DNA of 32,000 bases from Wolbachia endosymbiont of Cimex lectularius (GCF_000829315.1 NZ_AP013028.1:300001-332000); one strand, 5' to 3'; positions 7,745 through 18,093 are shown, counted from the stretch's first letter. Translations and numbers: made by a program. The notes: generated from the letters alone by a model not told the origin.

Positions 7745-7937
7745 CAAAAAAATTGCTTGACAAGTTTTGGCATCTCCCTTATAATGATATTATAGGTATT
7801 TACAACCCCAAGGTCAGCTAGTTGTCAAGCGTATAGAGCATTAACGCCAAGTTATTAAAATAGATATTGGCCAGGGTTTCTTTTGCCTTTTTTTCACTTA
7901 GTAAATTTTTCAATATTTATGACTAAAGTAATTCAAG
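7745..7937 (+). repeat. Promoter-bearing intergenic cassette, copy C (short form)
   Basis: A-run, -35 TTGACA (7757-7762), 17-nt spacer, -10 TATAAT (7780-7785). Then ACGCCAAG...GGGTTTCTTTTGCC + T7 (7874-7894) and the tail CACTTAGTAAATTTTTCAATATTTATGACTAAAGTAATTCA. Confidence 0.75.
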
Positions 7938-7982
7938 AGCACGCAGCTTTACAGAAACGCCAAGCCTTTTTATGCAAGAAGG

Positions 7983-8489
7983 CTAAGCAACAGGCTTAAA
8001 GCCTCTATTTCTTCTTAGCAAAACATAAAAAGCCCCTTTGCCACCATGTTTTTTTGTAGCTTGCTGGTGATACAAAATCATGTGCTGAATTTTAGTATCA
8101 TTTAACCACTTACTTAAGTTATTCTTTATAGTATCCGTTTTACCTGTTGCACTACCGTGCCCCGTAATTATCAATAAGCATCTATTCCCTGCCAGATAAT
8201 TTTTAATAATAAAATCTATCAATTTACAGTAAGCATCCTCTATATTATAGCCGTGCAAATCAAGTTTATCGCTTATAGAATATTTGCCCCTATCAACCTT
8301 TGATTTTGTGTTGTAGTCAAGACAAAATGATAAGCTAACATCGTTGGCATCAAGAGAATTTTCTCGTAAGTTAAAAGTACCTTTATCAACCACGGATTTT
8401 ATATTTACTTTATGATCAACTTTTAAAGTAACTTTTTCAGATTTTATTGGCTTAACATTTTTTTGCCAGTCTAACTCATCATCTGACAT
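7983..8489 (-). CDS. Smr (MutS2 C-terminal-like) domain protein
   Basis: 168 aa. Contains LDLHGYNIEDA...LLIITGHG, the Smr domain signature. Confidence 0.8.
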   Translation of the reverse strand: MSDDELDWQKNVKPIKSEKVTLKVDHKVNIKSVVDKGTFNLRENSLDANDVSLSFCLDYNTKSKVDRGKYSISDKLDLHGYNIEDAYCKLIDFIIKNYLAGNRCLLIITGHGSATGKTDTIKNNLSKWLNDTKIQHMILYHQQATKKHGGKGAFYVLLRRNRGFKPVA

Positions 8490-8573
8490 AAACGCATTAA
8501 TTGAATTGTATAATTTTACAACAATATCTAAATATAGTAAAATGTCGTTTATTTTACGATCTTCAATAATACG

Positions 8574-9326
8574 ATGAAATCGTTAAAAGCTAATGAGAAT
8601 TTTTGGCTATATGGGAAGCATGCCTGCATGTCAGCACTGAAGAATAAAAATAGGCAGTGCATGGAACTGCTGACAACAGAGAACTTCTACGAAGAACATG
8701 AAAAAGAAATTAGGCAATATATAGATAGCAAGGGCGTTAAAGTCCAGTTAGTGGAAAACAAAACACTTAACAATATTTTGTCCAAAGGTGCTAACCATCA
8801 AGGAGCTGCTTTAAAAGTTGCTCCTACTTTTCACAATTTAAGTATTGAAGAAATAGCAAACTCAAGCGATAGCTCTACTATAGTAATTTTAGATCAAGTC
8901 ACTGACACACACAATATAGGATCAATTCTTAGAACATCAGCTTGTTTTAATATTGATGCAGTGGTTTTACCATACAACCATTCACCAAACGAAAACGCAT
9001 CTATTGCAAAAGCGGCAAGCGGAGCATTAGATATTGTCCCGCTAATACACGTCACAAACATAGTAAAAACTATGGAGTATTTAAAAAAGGTCGGCTACTG
9101 GTGTTACGGGTTTGATGGCGATGCTAAAGAGAATGTAGACGAAATAAAGAGCTTTGGAAAAAAAATAGCGATCATCTTTGGTTCTGAAGAGAAAGGGATG
9201 CGGCGGTTAGTTAGAGAAAATTGTGACTATCTTGTAAAAATCCCAATGTCAAACGCAATTGACAGCTTAAATGTTTCGAATGCAGCGGCAATAGGATTAT
9301 ATTCCATCTACATTAGACAAAAATAA
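8574..9326 (+). CDS. rlmB: SpoU/TrmH-family 23S rRNA 2'-O-ribose methyltransferase (RlmB-like)
   Basis: 250 aa. N-terminal substrate-binding domain followed by SPOUT motifs (NIGSILRT, IIFGSEEKGM, SLNVSNAAAI). Confidence 0.85.
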   Translation: MKSLKANENFWLYGKHACMSALKNKNRQCMELLTTENFYEEHEKEIRQYIDSKGVKVQLVENKTLNNILSKGANHQGAALKVAPTFHNLSIEEIANSSDSSTIVILDQVTDTHNIGSILRTSACFNIDAVVLPYNHSPNENASIAKAASGALDIVPLIHVTNIVKTMEYLKKVGYWCYGFDGDAKENVDEIKSFGKKIAIIFGSEEKGMRRLVRENCDYLVKIPMSNAIDSLNVSNAAAIGLYSIYIRQK

Positions 9327-9361
9327 CCGCGCATTAATTGCAATAAAAAGTAATTTTATGC

Positions 9362-9390
9362 TTGATAAAGATGTAGTTTTGTATTATAAT
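9362..9390 (+). promoter_or_regulatory. Sigma70-type promoter upstream of the BI-1/YccA gene
   Basis: TTGATA (9362-9367), 17-nt spacer, TATAAT (9385-9390). AAGGGG RBS precedes the ATG at 9420. Confidence 0.55.
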
Positions 9391-9419
9391 ATTATTAAGG
9401 GATAAAAGGGGTTATATTT

Positions 9420-10142
9420 ATGTCTTACATGAGAAATGAACAAGATATTCGCTTTCAGGGCGTTTATTATAGTGCTGGGCTTAGGAGTTACCTAACTAAA
9501 GTATATAATTATATGGCTTTAGCCTTGGGCGTTACCGGGCTTGTTGCGTTCCTAACGGTATTTTCTGGTCTTTTTCAGGTAATCTATTCTAATCCTGTTC
9601 TGCCGTTTATAGTAACGTTCTCTCCAATTGCATTGGTGTTCTATATGTCCTATAGACTTCAACACCTAAGTGCCCAGTCCACAGTTACTGTATTTTTCCT
9701 GTTTTCAGTTTTAATGGGACTTTCCTTATCTCATATCTTCATAATTTATACTGCGGAAAACATAGCAAGAGCATTTTTTATCACATCCATTATGTTTGGC
9801 TCTATGGCTTTATATGGTAATACCACAAAAAGAGATCTAACAAATATGGGCTCTTTCTTAATTATGGGAATTTGGGGGCTAATTATTGCATCGATAGTAA
9901 ACTTATTTCTTGGAAGTAGTCCTCTCTATTTTGCAATATCGTTTATATCAGTAATAGTATTTACCTTATTGACTGCATACGATGCTCAGAGAATCAAGGA
10001 TATTTATTATAGGTATAACGATGGTTCAGAAGTTGCAGCAAATAAGTTAGCCGTACTTGGTGCAACTAACCTTTATTTTGACTTCATTAATATATTCCTC
10101 AATCTACTTAGGTTACTTAACTTGTTTAATAGTAGGGACTAG
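9420..10142 (+). CDS. Bax inhibitor-1/YccA-family inner membrane protein
   Basis: 240 aa. Seven hydrophobic segments and an N-terminus LRSYLTKVYNYMALALGVTG typical of the family. Confidence 0.85.
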   Translation: MSYMRNEQDIRFQGVYYSAGLRSYLTKVYNYMALALGVTGLVAFLTVFSGLFQVIYSNPVLPFIVTFSPIALVFYMSYRLQHLSAQSTVTVFFLFSVLMGLSLSHIFIIYTAENIARAFFITSIMFGSMALYGNTTKRDLTNMGSFLIMGIWGLIIASIVNLFLGSSPLYFAISFISVIVFTLLTAYDAQRIKDIYYRYNDGSEVAANKLAVLGATNLYFDFINIFLNLLRLLNLFNSRD

Positions 10143-10679
10143 ATGTTCTCCTTTTTAAGGGGAAATAGTAAAAATTCTATAGTTTTCTTTTTGATATCTT
10201 TAGTGATATTGATGCTGTGTCTTGCATATGCATCGGTACCACTATATAGCATTTTCTGTAAAGCTACTGGATATGGTGGCACAACGAGAAAAGTAACCAA
10301 CACAGCGACGAATATAACTAATCAAAAAATTAGAGTCCATTTCAACGCTGATGTAATGCCGGATCTGCCTTGGGAGTTTAATTCAGAAACTAATTACATT
10401 GATACAAACATAGGAGAACAAAGTTTAGCATTTTATTACGCAAAAAATCTATCTGATCAGTCTTCGTTTGGAATGGCAGTGTATAATGTTACGCCTTTCA
10501 AAGCAGGCAAATATTTCAATAAAGTTGCATGTTTTTGCTTTGAAGAACAAATGTTACTGCCAAAACAAAAAGCAGCGATGCCCATATCCTTTTACATAGA
10601 CCCTGAGATAATGCGCGACAATAGCACGAAAGATTTAAGTGAAATAACATTATCGTATACGTTTTTTAGGCTTAAGTAG
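10143..10679 (+). CDS. ctaG: Cytochrome c oxidase assembly protein CtaG/Cox11
   Basis: 178 aa. N-terminal TM segment, YGGTT motif and the copper-binding CFCFEEQ motif. Confidence 0.9.
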   Translation: MFSFLRGNSKNSIVFFLISLVILMLCLAYASVPLYSIFCKATGYGGTTRKVTNTATNITNQKIRVHFNADVMPDLPWEFNSETNYIDTNIGEQSLAFYYAKNLSDQSSFGMAVYNVTPFKAGKYFNKVACFCFEEQMLLPKQKAAMPISFYIDPEIMRDNSTKDLSEITLSYTFFRLK

Positions 10680-10680
10680 T

Positions 10681-11298
10681 GTGGGTCTTTTACTACTGGA
10701 GAAAGCCGTAAATCTCATCTTTCCAAACGTATGTGTAAGTTGTGAATGTATAATTGATAAAAATTATGATCTGTGTAGTGAGTGTAACAAAAAAATCAAT
10801 TTTCTAACCAAACATTACTGCAATGTTTGCGGCACAGTAATTTCAGATAACATTTATACGTGCGGTAAGTGCATTGCTAACCCTCCACCGTTTAAAGTGT
10901 TAAGATCAGCTTTTGCTTATGATCAACATAGTAAAAATATGATTATAAATTTTAAATTTTTTAATAATTTAAATTATGTAAAAACTTACGTGAAGTGGAT
11001 GTACCAAGCTAATTGGAATATATTCCAAGATGCAGAGATTATAATTCCTATACCGCTTCACAAAATGCGCTTGCTTAAGCGTAAATACAATCAAGCAGCA
11101 TTGCTTGCGAGGGAACTCAGCAGGTTATCCAACTTATTTTATGCACCATTTGCAATAAAGCGCCTTCGCCATACCACGCCTCAAGCTGGTCTTTCACTTA
11201 AACAGCGCGAGAAAAATTTAAAAAGGTCCTGCTCTCAAGAAATTTTAAATTCTGGTGCAAGGGAAGTGAGAGTGCTGTCACTTGCAAGAACCATATGA
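10681..11298 (+). CDS. comF: ComF-family protein, apparently lacking the PRPP-binding (DDVxTTG) segment
   Basis: GTG start. N-terminal Cys-rich zinc-finger pairs (CVSCE...CSEC, CNVCG...CGKC) and a C-terminal GAREVRVLSLAR. No DD...TTG phosphoribosyltransferase loop lies between NLK and CSQEIL. 205 aa. Confidence 0.7.
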   Translation: MGLLLLEKAVNLIFPNVCVSCECIIDKNYDLCSECNKKINFLTKHYCNVCGTVISDNIYTCGKCIANPPPFKVLRSAFAYDQHSKNMIINFKFFNNLNYVKTYVKWMYQANWNIFQDAEIIIPIPLHKMRLLKRKYNQAALLARELSRLSNLFYAPFAIKRLRHTTPQAGLSLKQREKNLKRSCSQEILNSGAREVRVLSLARTI

Positions 11299-11301
11299 AA
11301 A

Positions 11302-12696
11302 TCAGTATGTTAAGGCATGATTTTTAGTAACCTCAACATCACTGAATGCAAAAGTTTGGCTGCTCACGATTTGGGATTTTTCATGTCCTTTTCCTGCAAC
11401 CAGCAGAATCATACCTTCGTTGTAGGCAATATCTATACCTTTCTCTATAGCTTCTTTTCTATCCCCTATCTCTAGTGAATTAGGGCAATGTAGTAAAATA
11501 TCATGACGAATTTTTGCTGGATCTTCATCACGCGGATTATCATCTGTAACTATCACTCTGTCTGCATACATTTGTGCTATTTTACCCATTTCTGCACGTT
11601 TTGTTTGATCACGATTTCCACCACAACCAAAAACTAAAATTATTTTTTTGTTAAAGTGCCATTTTAAAGACAAAAGAGCTTGCTTAAGTGCACTTGGAGT
11701 GTGCGCGTAATCTACAAATGCAAAAGGTTTCACTTTTTCCATTCTCCCTGGTGGAGAAATGAGTTTGTCTATACATATCCTTTGATATTCCACCCCAGAT
11801 GAGATGACTATACCGATCGCACATAGTAAATTATACGCCTGAAATTGCCCTAGAACTGGAAAAAACGTGTCATAAATTTCACCACCGATTTTAATTGTAA
11901 GATTTTGACCACTTTGAGTTGGTATTTGCTTTATTAAAGCAATATCAAAAGCTATTTTTCCATAAGTTATAACTTTGTTGCCACGTTCTTTAGCTATCTT
12001 GAGCAATGTGTAGTATTCATCTATATCCGCATTTAAAATTGCTGTTTTTTCTTTTGGCAGTACCTCATAAAACAACCTTTTCTTAGCCTCAAAATACTCG
12101 CTGATATCCTGATGATAATCTAAATGATCTTGCGAGAAATTTGTAAAAGCCGCAGCAGTTAGGCTAAGTCCATGAATTCTGCATTGGTCAATCCCATGGC
12201 TTGAAGCCTCTAACGCTAAGTGCTCTATGCCTTTATTGTTTATATCACGTAATGTTGCATAAAGGTCATCTGCATCTGGAGTGGTAAGGCTATTATCTTT
12301 TCTATCATTATTGATACATGTTCCGAGCGTTCCGATAGATGCAGCATTATAACCTGCATTTTGCCAGATCTGGCGGCAAAACTCCACCACTGAAGTCTTA
12401 CCATTTGTACCTGTCACAGCAGCAACATATTTTAGCTGTTTGAATTGATAAAACCTGCTAACTATTTTGCTATATATTTCTTGAGGGCCTGGATGGAAGA
12501 TGCAAGCATCATGCGCTGCAAAGTTTGCTATTATTGCTGAAGCTCCTATTATGCCGTTCACGCATTTCTCACGTTCCTCTGACACACAAACAAAAAGATA
12601 ACCTTCTTTGATTCTTTTGGGATTACACGTGACGCCTTTGATTTCAACATCAAAGTTGACGTCAATAATGTTATGCAGTAACTCTTTTAGTCTCAC
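11302..12696 (-). CDS. murE: UDP-N-acetylmuramoyl-L-alanyl-D-glutamate--2,6-diaminopimelate ligase
   Basis: 464 aa. Mur ligase P-loop AVTGTNGKTS and the DNPR motif (VTDDNPRDEDP) diagnostic of meso-DAP-adding MurE. Confidence 0.92.
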   Translation of the reverse strand: MRLKELLHNIIDVNFDVEIKGVTCNPKRIKEGYLFVCVSEEREKCVNGIIGASAIIANFAAHDACIFHPGPQEIYSKIVSRFYQFKQLKYVAAVTGTNGKTSVVEFCRQIWQNAGYNAASIGTLGTCINNDRKDNSLTTPDADDLYATLRDINNKGIEHLALEASSHGIDQCRIHGLSLTAAAFTNFSQDHLDYHQDISEYFEAKKRLFYEVLPKEKTAILNADIDEYYTLLKIAKERGNKVITYGKIAFDIALIKQIPTQSGQNLTIKIGGEIYDTFFPVLGQFQAYNLLCAIGIVISSGVEYQRICIDKLISPPGRMEKVKPFAFVDYAHTPSALKQALLSLKWHFNKKIILVFGCGGNRDQTKRAEMGKIAQMYADRVIVTDDNPRDEDPAKIRHDILLHCPNSLEIGDRKEAIEKGIDIAYNEGMILLVAGKGHEKSQIVSSQTFAFSDVEVTKNHALTY

Positions 12697-13912
12697 ATTC
12701 TACTTCATCATTTTTGGTATTTAAACATGGCAATCTTGCTAATGCAACATTTAAATCAGAGATTAAATCTTCAGGATCCTCTAGTCCACAAAATATTCGC
12801 ACGAAACTTCCACCATAATCTGAATTCATTACAGATCTTGACATAGATTTACGATCTATTGGTAATATTAAACTATCGCACCCTCCCCAAGAAGCACCGA
12901 TGCTAAAAATTTCCATGTGATCAACCGTGCAGCTTAGTTCCTCACATGAATATTCTTTATCTAATATTACACTGAACACACCACTTGCACCTTTGAAGTA
13001 GCTTTTCCACAATTCGTGCTGAGGATGAGAAGGAAGCGCTGGATATAAGACTTTTCTGATTTTTGGATGTTTCTCCAGCCATTTTGCCACTGCCATTGCT
13101 GTGCTTTGATGCCTCTTCATGCGTGTATGCAATGTCCTAAGTCCCCTGTGTGCAAGATAACAATCGTGTGATTGAACAGTAATGCCATAATTTTTGTAGC
13201 TCTCATAAAGCAATTTAAAAACCTCGCCTTCAGCAACAATAGCCCCCATCAATAAATCCGAGTGACCGGCTAGATACTTTGTAACTGCATACAGTGCAAC
13301 ATCAATCCCAGAGTCGAGCGGCTTAAATAATAAAGGAGTGGCCCACGAATTGTCGCAAACGGTTACGATCCTGTGTTTCTTAGCAACTTTTACTATGTGT
13401 TCTATATTCGAAATTTCAAATGTTACAGAACCAGGAGTTTCGATCATGATGAGTAAAGTATTACTTTGAATCAAATCAGCTATGTCCTGTGTTGGATCAT
13501 AAAAAGTTACTTCTATTCCCCTTCTCGGCAGCTCATTTTCGGCAAATCTCCTAAGTCGGTAATAACTATTATCTTGAATCAGAACATGCGAACCTGCTTT
13601 AGTAAAAGTCAAAATAGCGAAAGTAAGTGCAAATAGTCCAGAGGGATAGGTCAATGCCTGCCCCCTACCCTCAATTTCAGCGAGCGCGTTTGAAAGGTAG
13701 TGAACAGTGGGTGTACCAACACTGCCGTAACTATAATCCCTTGCAACGCCATCGTTGATCACATCGTATATACTTTCCCCATTCGCTGCATTTAAGTAGT
13801 CCTTGTAAATAGGAAATAGTATAGTAGAAGAATGATAAATTGGCGGGTTCATAGAACCTTTGTAGTCATTGAATTTTCTTCCTGCTTTAACCAACAAAGA
13901 TTCTTCTTTCAC
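12671..13912 (-). CDS. metC: Cystathionine beta-lyase (Cys/Met-metabolism PLP enzyme)
   Basis: 413 aa. PLP-lysine context AVTKYLAGHSD and family-typical termini. Overlaps the murE start by 26 nt. Confidence 0.85.
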   Translation of the reverse strand: MKEESLLVKAGRKFNDYKGSMNPPIYHSSTILFPIYKDYLNAANGESIYDVINDGVARDYSYGSVGTPTVHYLSNALAEIEGRGQALTYPSGLFALTFAILTFTKAGSHVLIQDNSYYRLRRFAENELPRRGIEVTFYDPTQDIADLIQSNTLLIMIETPGSVTFEISNIEHIVKVAKKHRIVTVCDNSWATPLLFKPLDSGIDVALYAVTKYLAGHSDLLMGAIVAEGEVFKLLYESYKNYGITVQSHDCYLAHRGLRTLHTRMKRHQSTAMAVAKWLEKHPKIRKVLYPALPSHPQHELWKSYFKGASGVFSVILDKEYSCEELSCTVDHMEIFSIGASWGGCDSLILPIDRKSMSRSVMNSDYGGSFVRIFCGLEDPEDLISDLNVALARLPCLNTKNDEVECETKRVTA

Positions 13913-14205
13913 GCTTTTATTATTTTATTTTTCAAATCATATTCACTTTGCGTATACAATTGAAGAGAAATTGCGTGTACTCGCTCTATCTCACTCTTCA
14001 ACAATTCATAAATCAACTTGTGCCTCTTTAGAACACTCATTCCAACAAAGTCGTCAGATATTAATATTAATTCAACGTGTGAAGGTAATGTTGAAGGCGA
14101 AGAAAAATAGTGGTCCGCATGTTTAACAGACTCGTCAACAATGTTAACATCAACTACATTTATTGCATTGCGTATTTTTTCTTCTATTGCCTTAATGATA
14201 TCCAT
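13909..14205 (-). CDS. bolA: BolA-family protein
   Basis: 98 aa. Shows the VDES..H....F pattern and a C-terminal HA.S helix. ATGA overlap with metC. Confidence 0.75.
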   Translation of the reverse strand: MDIIKAIEEKIRNAINVVDVNIVDESVKHADHYFSSPSTLPSHVELILISDDFVGMSVLKRHKLIYELLKSEIERVHAISLQLYTQSEYDLKNKIIKA

Positions 14206-14214
14206 ACATAGCTC

Positions 14215-14295
14215 CTGTCATCCAAGCAGCGTGACTACTTGGGTCCATATTCTTTTTTTCTGGATTTCAGCGTCACGCAACGGAATGATAAGAAA
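14215..14295. repeat. Miniature double-hairpin repeat between bolA and dnaK
   Basis: TGTCATCCAAGCAGCGTGACTACTTGG...TGGATTTCAGCGTCACGCAACGGAATGATA. It belongs to the same GTCAT(C/T)CCAG...CTGGAATGAC hairpin family as the ends of R1 and R3. Confidence 0.6.
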
Positions 14296-14307
14296 GGAGT
14301 ACGCCAA

Positions 14308-16233
14308 CTACTTATTCTCTTCTTTATTATCTACGCCCTGGTAATTAGAATCTACTACTTTTTCTTCTTTGTCATGTGGATTTCCTTCTGACGAGAAGTC
14401 ACTTTCAGCACTGTTTTGTTGAGATTCTTTATACATAGCTTCTCCAAGTTTCATAGATAATTGAGAAAGATTAGTAATTTTCTGCTGTATTGAATCAGTA
14501 TCATCAATGTTATCAGATTTGCTAGCTTCTTTTAAATCATTCACTGCATTTTCAATGGCAGACTTATCTTCTGATGAAACTTTATCGCCATATTCCCTTA
14601 AAGACTTCTCTGTAGAATGAACTAAACTATCTACCTGGTTCTTCACTTCAATGAATTTCTTACGTTTCTCATCTTCTTGTGCCTTTTCTTCAGCTTCTTT
14701 CACCATGCGATTTACTTCATCATCAGACAAACCACCTGAAGACTGAATACGTATTTTCTGTTCTTTTCCAGTAGCTTTATCTCTCGCAGAAACATGCACT
14801 ATTCCATTTGCATCTATATCAAACGTCACTTCGATCTGAGGAACTCCACGAGGAGCAGGTGGTATTCCTTCCAAACTAAATTGGCCAAGCAGTTTATTAT
14901 CAACTGCCAATTTTCTTTCACCTTGATGCACCTTAATGGTAACAGCTGTTTGGTTGTCTTCTGCAGTTGAAAATACCTGAGATTTTTTAGTAGGAATCGT
15001 AGTATTGCGCTCAATAAGTGGAGTGAACACTCCCCCTAGTGTTTCAATACCAAGAGAAAGTGGAGTCACGTCAAGCAATAACACGTCTCTCACATCACCT
15101 TGAATGATTCCTGCCTGTATTGCAGCTCCAATTGCCACAACTTCATCTGGGTTCACCCCTCTATGTAGATCTTTGCCAAAGAATTCTTTAACTTTCTCTA
15201 TTACTTTCGGCATACGAGTCATGCCACCAACAAGAACCACTTCACCAATTTGACTAGCAGACAAACCAGCATCCTCAAGAGCTTTTTTGCAAGGAGCCAT
15301 AGTTCTTTCGATTAAATCGTTTACTAAGCTTTCAAGTTTTGCCCTTGTTAATTTCATATTTAAGTGTTTTGGACCACTTGCATCAGCTGTAATGAACGGT
15401 AAATTTATTTCCGTTTCCATTGCACTTGATAATTCAATCTTCGCTTTTTCCGCAGCTTCTTTGATCCTCTGCATAGCCATTGGATCATTTTTCAAATCAA
15501 TACCGTTACTTTTCTTGAATTCATCTAGTAAATAACTCACCACTGCATTGTCGAAGTCTTCACCTCCAAGATGAGTGTCACCATTTGTAGCCTTTACCTC
15601 AAAAACTCCGTCACCTATTTCAAGTATTGAAACATCAAACGTACCACCACCAAGGTCATACACCACTATTGTGTGTCCATGTTTCTTATCAAGACCATAA
15701 GCAAGAGCTGCAGCAGTCGGTTCGTTAATTATTCTGAGTACATTTAATCCAGCAATTTTTCCTGCATCTTTTGTTGCTTGACGCTGAGAATCATTGAAGT
15801 ACGCTGGCACTGTTATTACAGCATCCTTCACTTCCTCTCCAAAATAAGCTTCTGCTGCTTCTTTCATATTTTGTAGTATAAACGCACCAATTTGACTAGG
15901 GGAGTATTCTTTACCATCTGTTGTTTTAATCCAAGCATCGCCATTTTTTGCCGCGAACACTTTATATGGCACATTTAGATTTTTCATTTCAGGGTCACCA
16001 TACTGACGGCCTATTAATCTCTTAGTAGCAAAGAAAGTATTACTTGCATTGGTGGTTGCTTGTCTTTTTGCAGGAGCGCCAATCAACTTTTCTCCTGATG
16101 AAGTGAACGCAACTACAGACGGAGTGGTTCTTTCTCCTTGGGTATTTTCTATTATCTTTCCTCCTCTTGTCTTTTCCACTTTTGCAACACAAGAATTTGT
16201 TGTTCCAAGATCTATACCTACTGCTATTCCCAT
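14308..16233 (-). CDS. dnaK: Molecular chaperone DnaK (Hsp70)
   Basis: 641 aa. Hsp70 signatures [17 protein letters not shown] and [10 protein letters not shown]. Confidence 0.97.
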   Translation of the reverse strand: MGIAVGIDLGTTNSCVAKVEKTRGGKIIENTQGERTTPSVVAFTSSGEKLIGAPAKRQATTNASNTFFATKRLIGRQYGDPEMKNLNVPYKVFAAKNGDAWIKTTDGKEYSPSQIGAFILQNMKEAAEAYFGEEVKDAVITVPAYFNDSQRQATKDAGKIAGLNVLRIINEPTAAALAYGLDKKHGHTIVVYDLGGGTFDVSILEIGDGVFEVKATNGDTHLGGEDFDNAVVSYLLDEFKKSNGIDLKNDPMAMQRIKEAAEKAKIELSSAMETEINLPFITADASGPKHLNMKLTRAKLESLVNDLIERTMAPCKKALEDAGLSASQIGEVVLVGGMTRMPKVIEKVKEFFGKDLHRGVNPDEVVAIGAAIQAGIIQGDVRDVLLLDVTPLSLGIETLGGVFTPLIERNTTIPTKKSQVFSTAEDNQTAVTIKVHQGERKLAVDNKLLGQFSLEGIPPAPRGVPQIEVTFDIDANGIVHVSARDKATGKEQKIRIQSSGGLSDDEVNRMVKEAEEKAQEDEKRKKFIEVKNQVDSLVHSTEKSLREYGDKVSSEDKSAIENAVNDLKEASKSDNIDDTDSIQQKITNLSQLSMKLGEAMYKESQQNSAESDFSSEGNPHDKEEKVVDSNYQGVDNKEENK

Positions 16234-16320
16234 AATGAATACTCCCTTATAAATATTATCTGATATGAGAATATATAAGTATAGAACTCGTCAATTACAA
16301 GTCCCATTTAGGATTTCTAG

Positions 16321-18093
16321 TTAGCTATTAGAGCTCAAAAGACGTGAAAGCCACTTAGTTAACCAAAAATTGCTTTGCAATCCACCTGAATTATCAGCTC
16401 TTTCATTGTTACTAGTCTCAATTTTGTAACCAGAGTTTTGCAATGGCTTACAATCATTTAAATTAACGTCATCACCTCGTTTTAAAATGAATGCATCTAT
16501 ACTCAAATTGCTATCAGCGCTAACGTTTAATTTAATATTAAACTCTCTTTCAATTGTAGAAACTGTATCACGCTTATTATTAAAAATATGTGCTATAATT
16601 GAACCATGTGCTACTAAATCAAACGACCTATTCCGATTCCTAATAGCAACGTATTGCAAGTCTCTCAGTATTGATGCAACAATTACTTCGTTTGATTTTA
16701 CTTTTCCAATTCCTTTACAATGCAGGCACTCTGTAGTGTTAATCTCCTGTATGTTTGGTTTAATTCTCTGCCTTGAAAACACCATTAAACCAAAATCATT
16801 TATGTAGCTGAACTGAACTCTAGCTTTATCATCCTTGAACGCTTGCCTAATAGCAGATTCAACAGCTCTACAATACTGATACTTCAACATATCAATAAAA
16901 TCGACCACTATTAACCCTGATAAGCCTCTTAAATTTACCTGTCTTGATATTTCAGGCGCTGCTTCCATATTGGTTCTGTAAGCTGTTTCTTCTATACTAT
17001 CTTCCCCCGTCATTTTCCCTGAATTTACATCTATTGAAACAAATGCCTCAGTTAAAGTTATTATCAAAGACCCACCGGATGGCAATTTCACTCTATTGCT
17101 ATATAACTCAGAAATTTGATCTTCGATTCCGTAGTAAGTAAATATCGGAACAAAACCTCTATACAACCTATACCGCAACTTACTACCTTTTAATACGTTT
17201 CTAGCGTATTGCCTTACTGTTTCAAAAGCTTCTTTTCCAGATATTACAACTTCCACATCATTGCTACAGAAATCACGGATAGATTTCATAATCAGATCTG
17301 CTTCGTTATAAATCAATGATGGAACATTTACAGAGGAGACATTTTCTTGAATATTTTGCCATAACGAAGATAAATAATTGTAATCCTGCTCAATTTCTTT
17401 TTTACTTTTTCCCGAACCAACGGTCCTTACTATTAAACCTGACCTCTTCGGTAACTCTATTGAATTCAATATATCCTTTAACTGTTTTCTAACGTTAATA
17501 TCTTCGATTCTGCGGGACACACCACCCCTGCTCATGGAATTTGGCATGAAAACACAATACCTGCCCACTAAAGTTATGTACGTTGTAAATGAAGCCCCTT
17601 TATTACCTCGTTCCTCTTTAGTGAGTTGAACCAATATTTTTTGATTGACCGAAATAACATCTTGTAATTTATATCTCCTATATAAAGATACCTCCCTTAC
17701 AAAACCATTACCGGACTCATTAACACTCCTACTAGTTGTAGAATCTGAAGAAGTATTTGCCGATGCACCGTTACCTTCCTCCGTACAATCACCACTTGAA
17801 TAGCTTTCAAAGAAAGCTTCTTTCTCCTTTTCTGAAATATTAAAGTAATCTGGAGATATTTCAGAAAAAGATAAAAAACCTTGCTTATTCTTCCCATATT
17901 CAATAAATACAGCTTGCAAAGAAGGCTCTACACGCTTTACATGAGCAATATATATGTTGCCTCTTAACTGCCTTTTTTCCTTGAATTCCTGTTCAAACTC
18001 TACAACCCTGTTATTTACTGACAAAGCAACTCTCACCTCATCAGAGCAGATAGAATTTTCTATTAATAGTAACCTTTTACCACTATTTGCCAC
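16321..18093 (-). CDS. rne: Ribonuclease E/G family endoribonuclease
   Basis: 590 aa. S1 domain (GNIYIAHVKRVEPSLQAVFIEYG), a DNase-I-like catalytic core (VSIDVNSG, IVVDFID), a Zn-link CxxC (CLHCKG) and a low-complexity insert. Confidence 0.88.
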   Translation of the reverse strand: MANSGKRLLLIENSICSDEVRVALSVNNRVVEFEQEFKEKRQLRGNIYIAHVKRVEPSLQAVFIEYGKNKQGFLSFSEISPDYFNISEKEKEAFFESYSSGDCTEEGNGASANTSSDSTTSRSVNESGNGFVREVSLYRRYKLQDVISVNQKILVQLTKEERGNKGASFTTYITLVGRYCVFMPNSMSRGGVSRRIEDINVRKQLKDILNSIELPKRSGLIVRTVGSGKSKKEIEQDYNYLSSLWQNIQENVSSVNVPSLIYNEADLIMKSIRDFCSNDVEVVISGKEAFETVRQYARNVLKGSKLRYRLYRGFVPIFTYYGIEDQISELYSNRVKLPSGGSLIITLTEAFVSIDVNSGKMTGEDSIEETAYRTNMEAAPEISRQVNLRGLSGLIVVDFIDMLKYQYCRAVESAIRQAFKDDKARVQFSYINDFGLMVFSRQRIKPNIQEINTTECLHCKGIGKVKSNEVIVASILRDLQYVAIRNRNRSFDLVAHGSIIAHIFNNKRDTVSTIEREFNIKLNVSADSNLSIDAFILKRGDDVNLNDCKPLQNSGYKIETSNNERADNSGGLQSNFWLTKWLSRLLSSNS

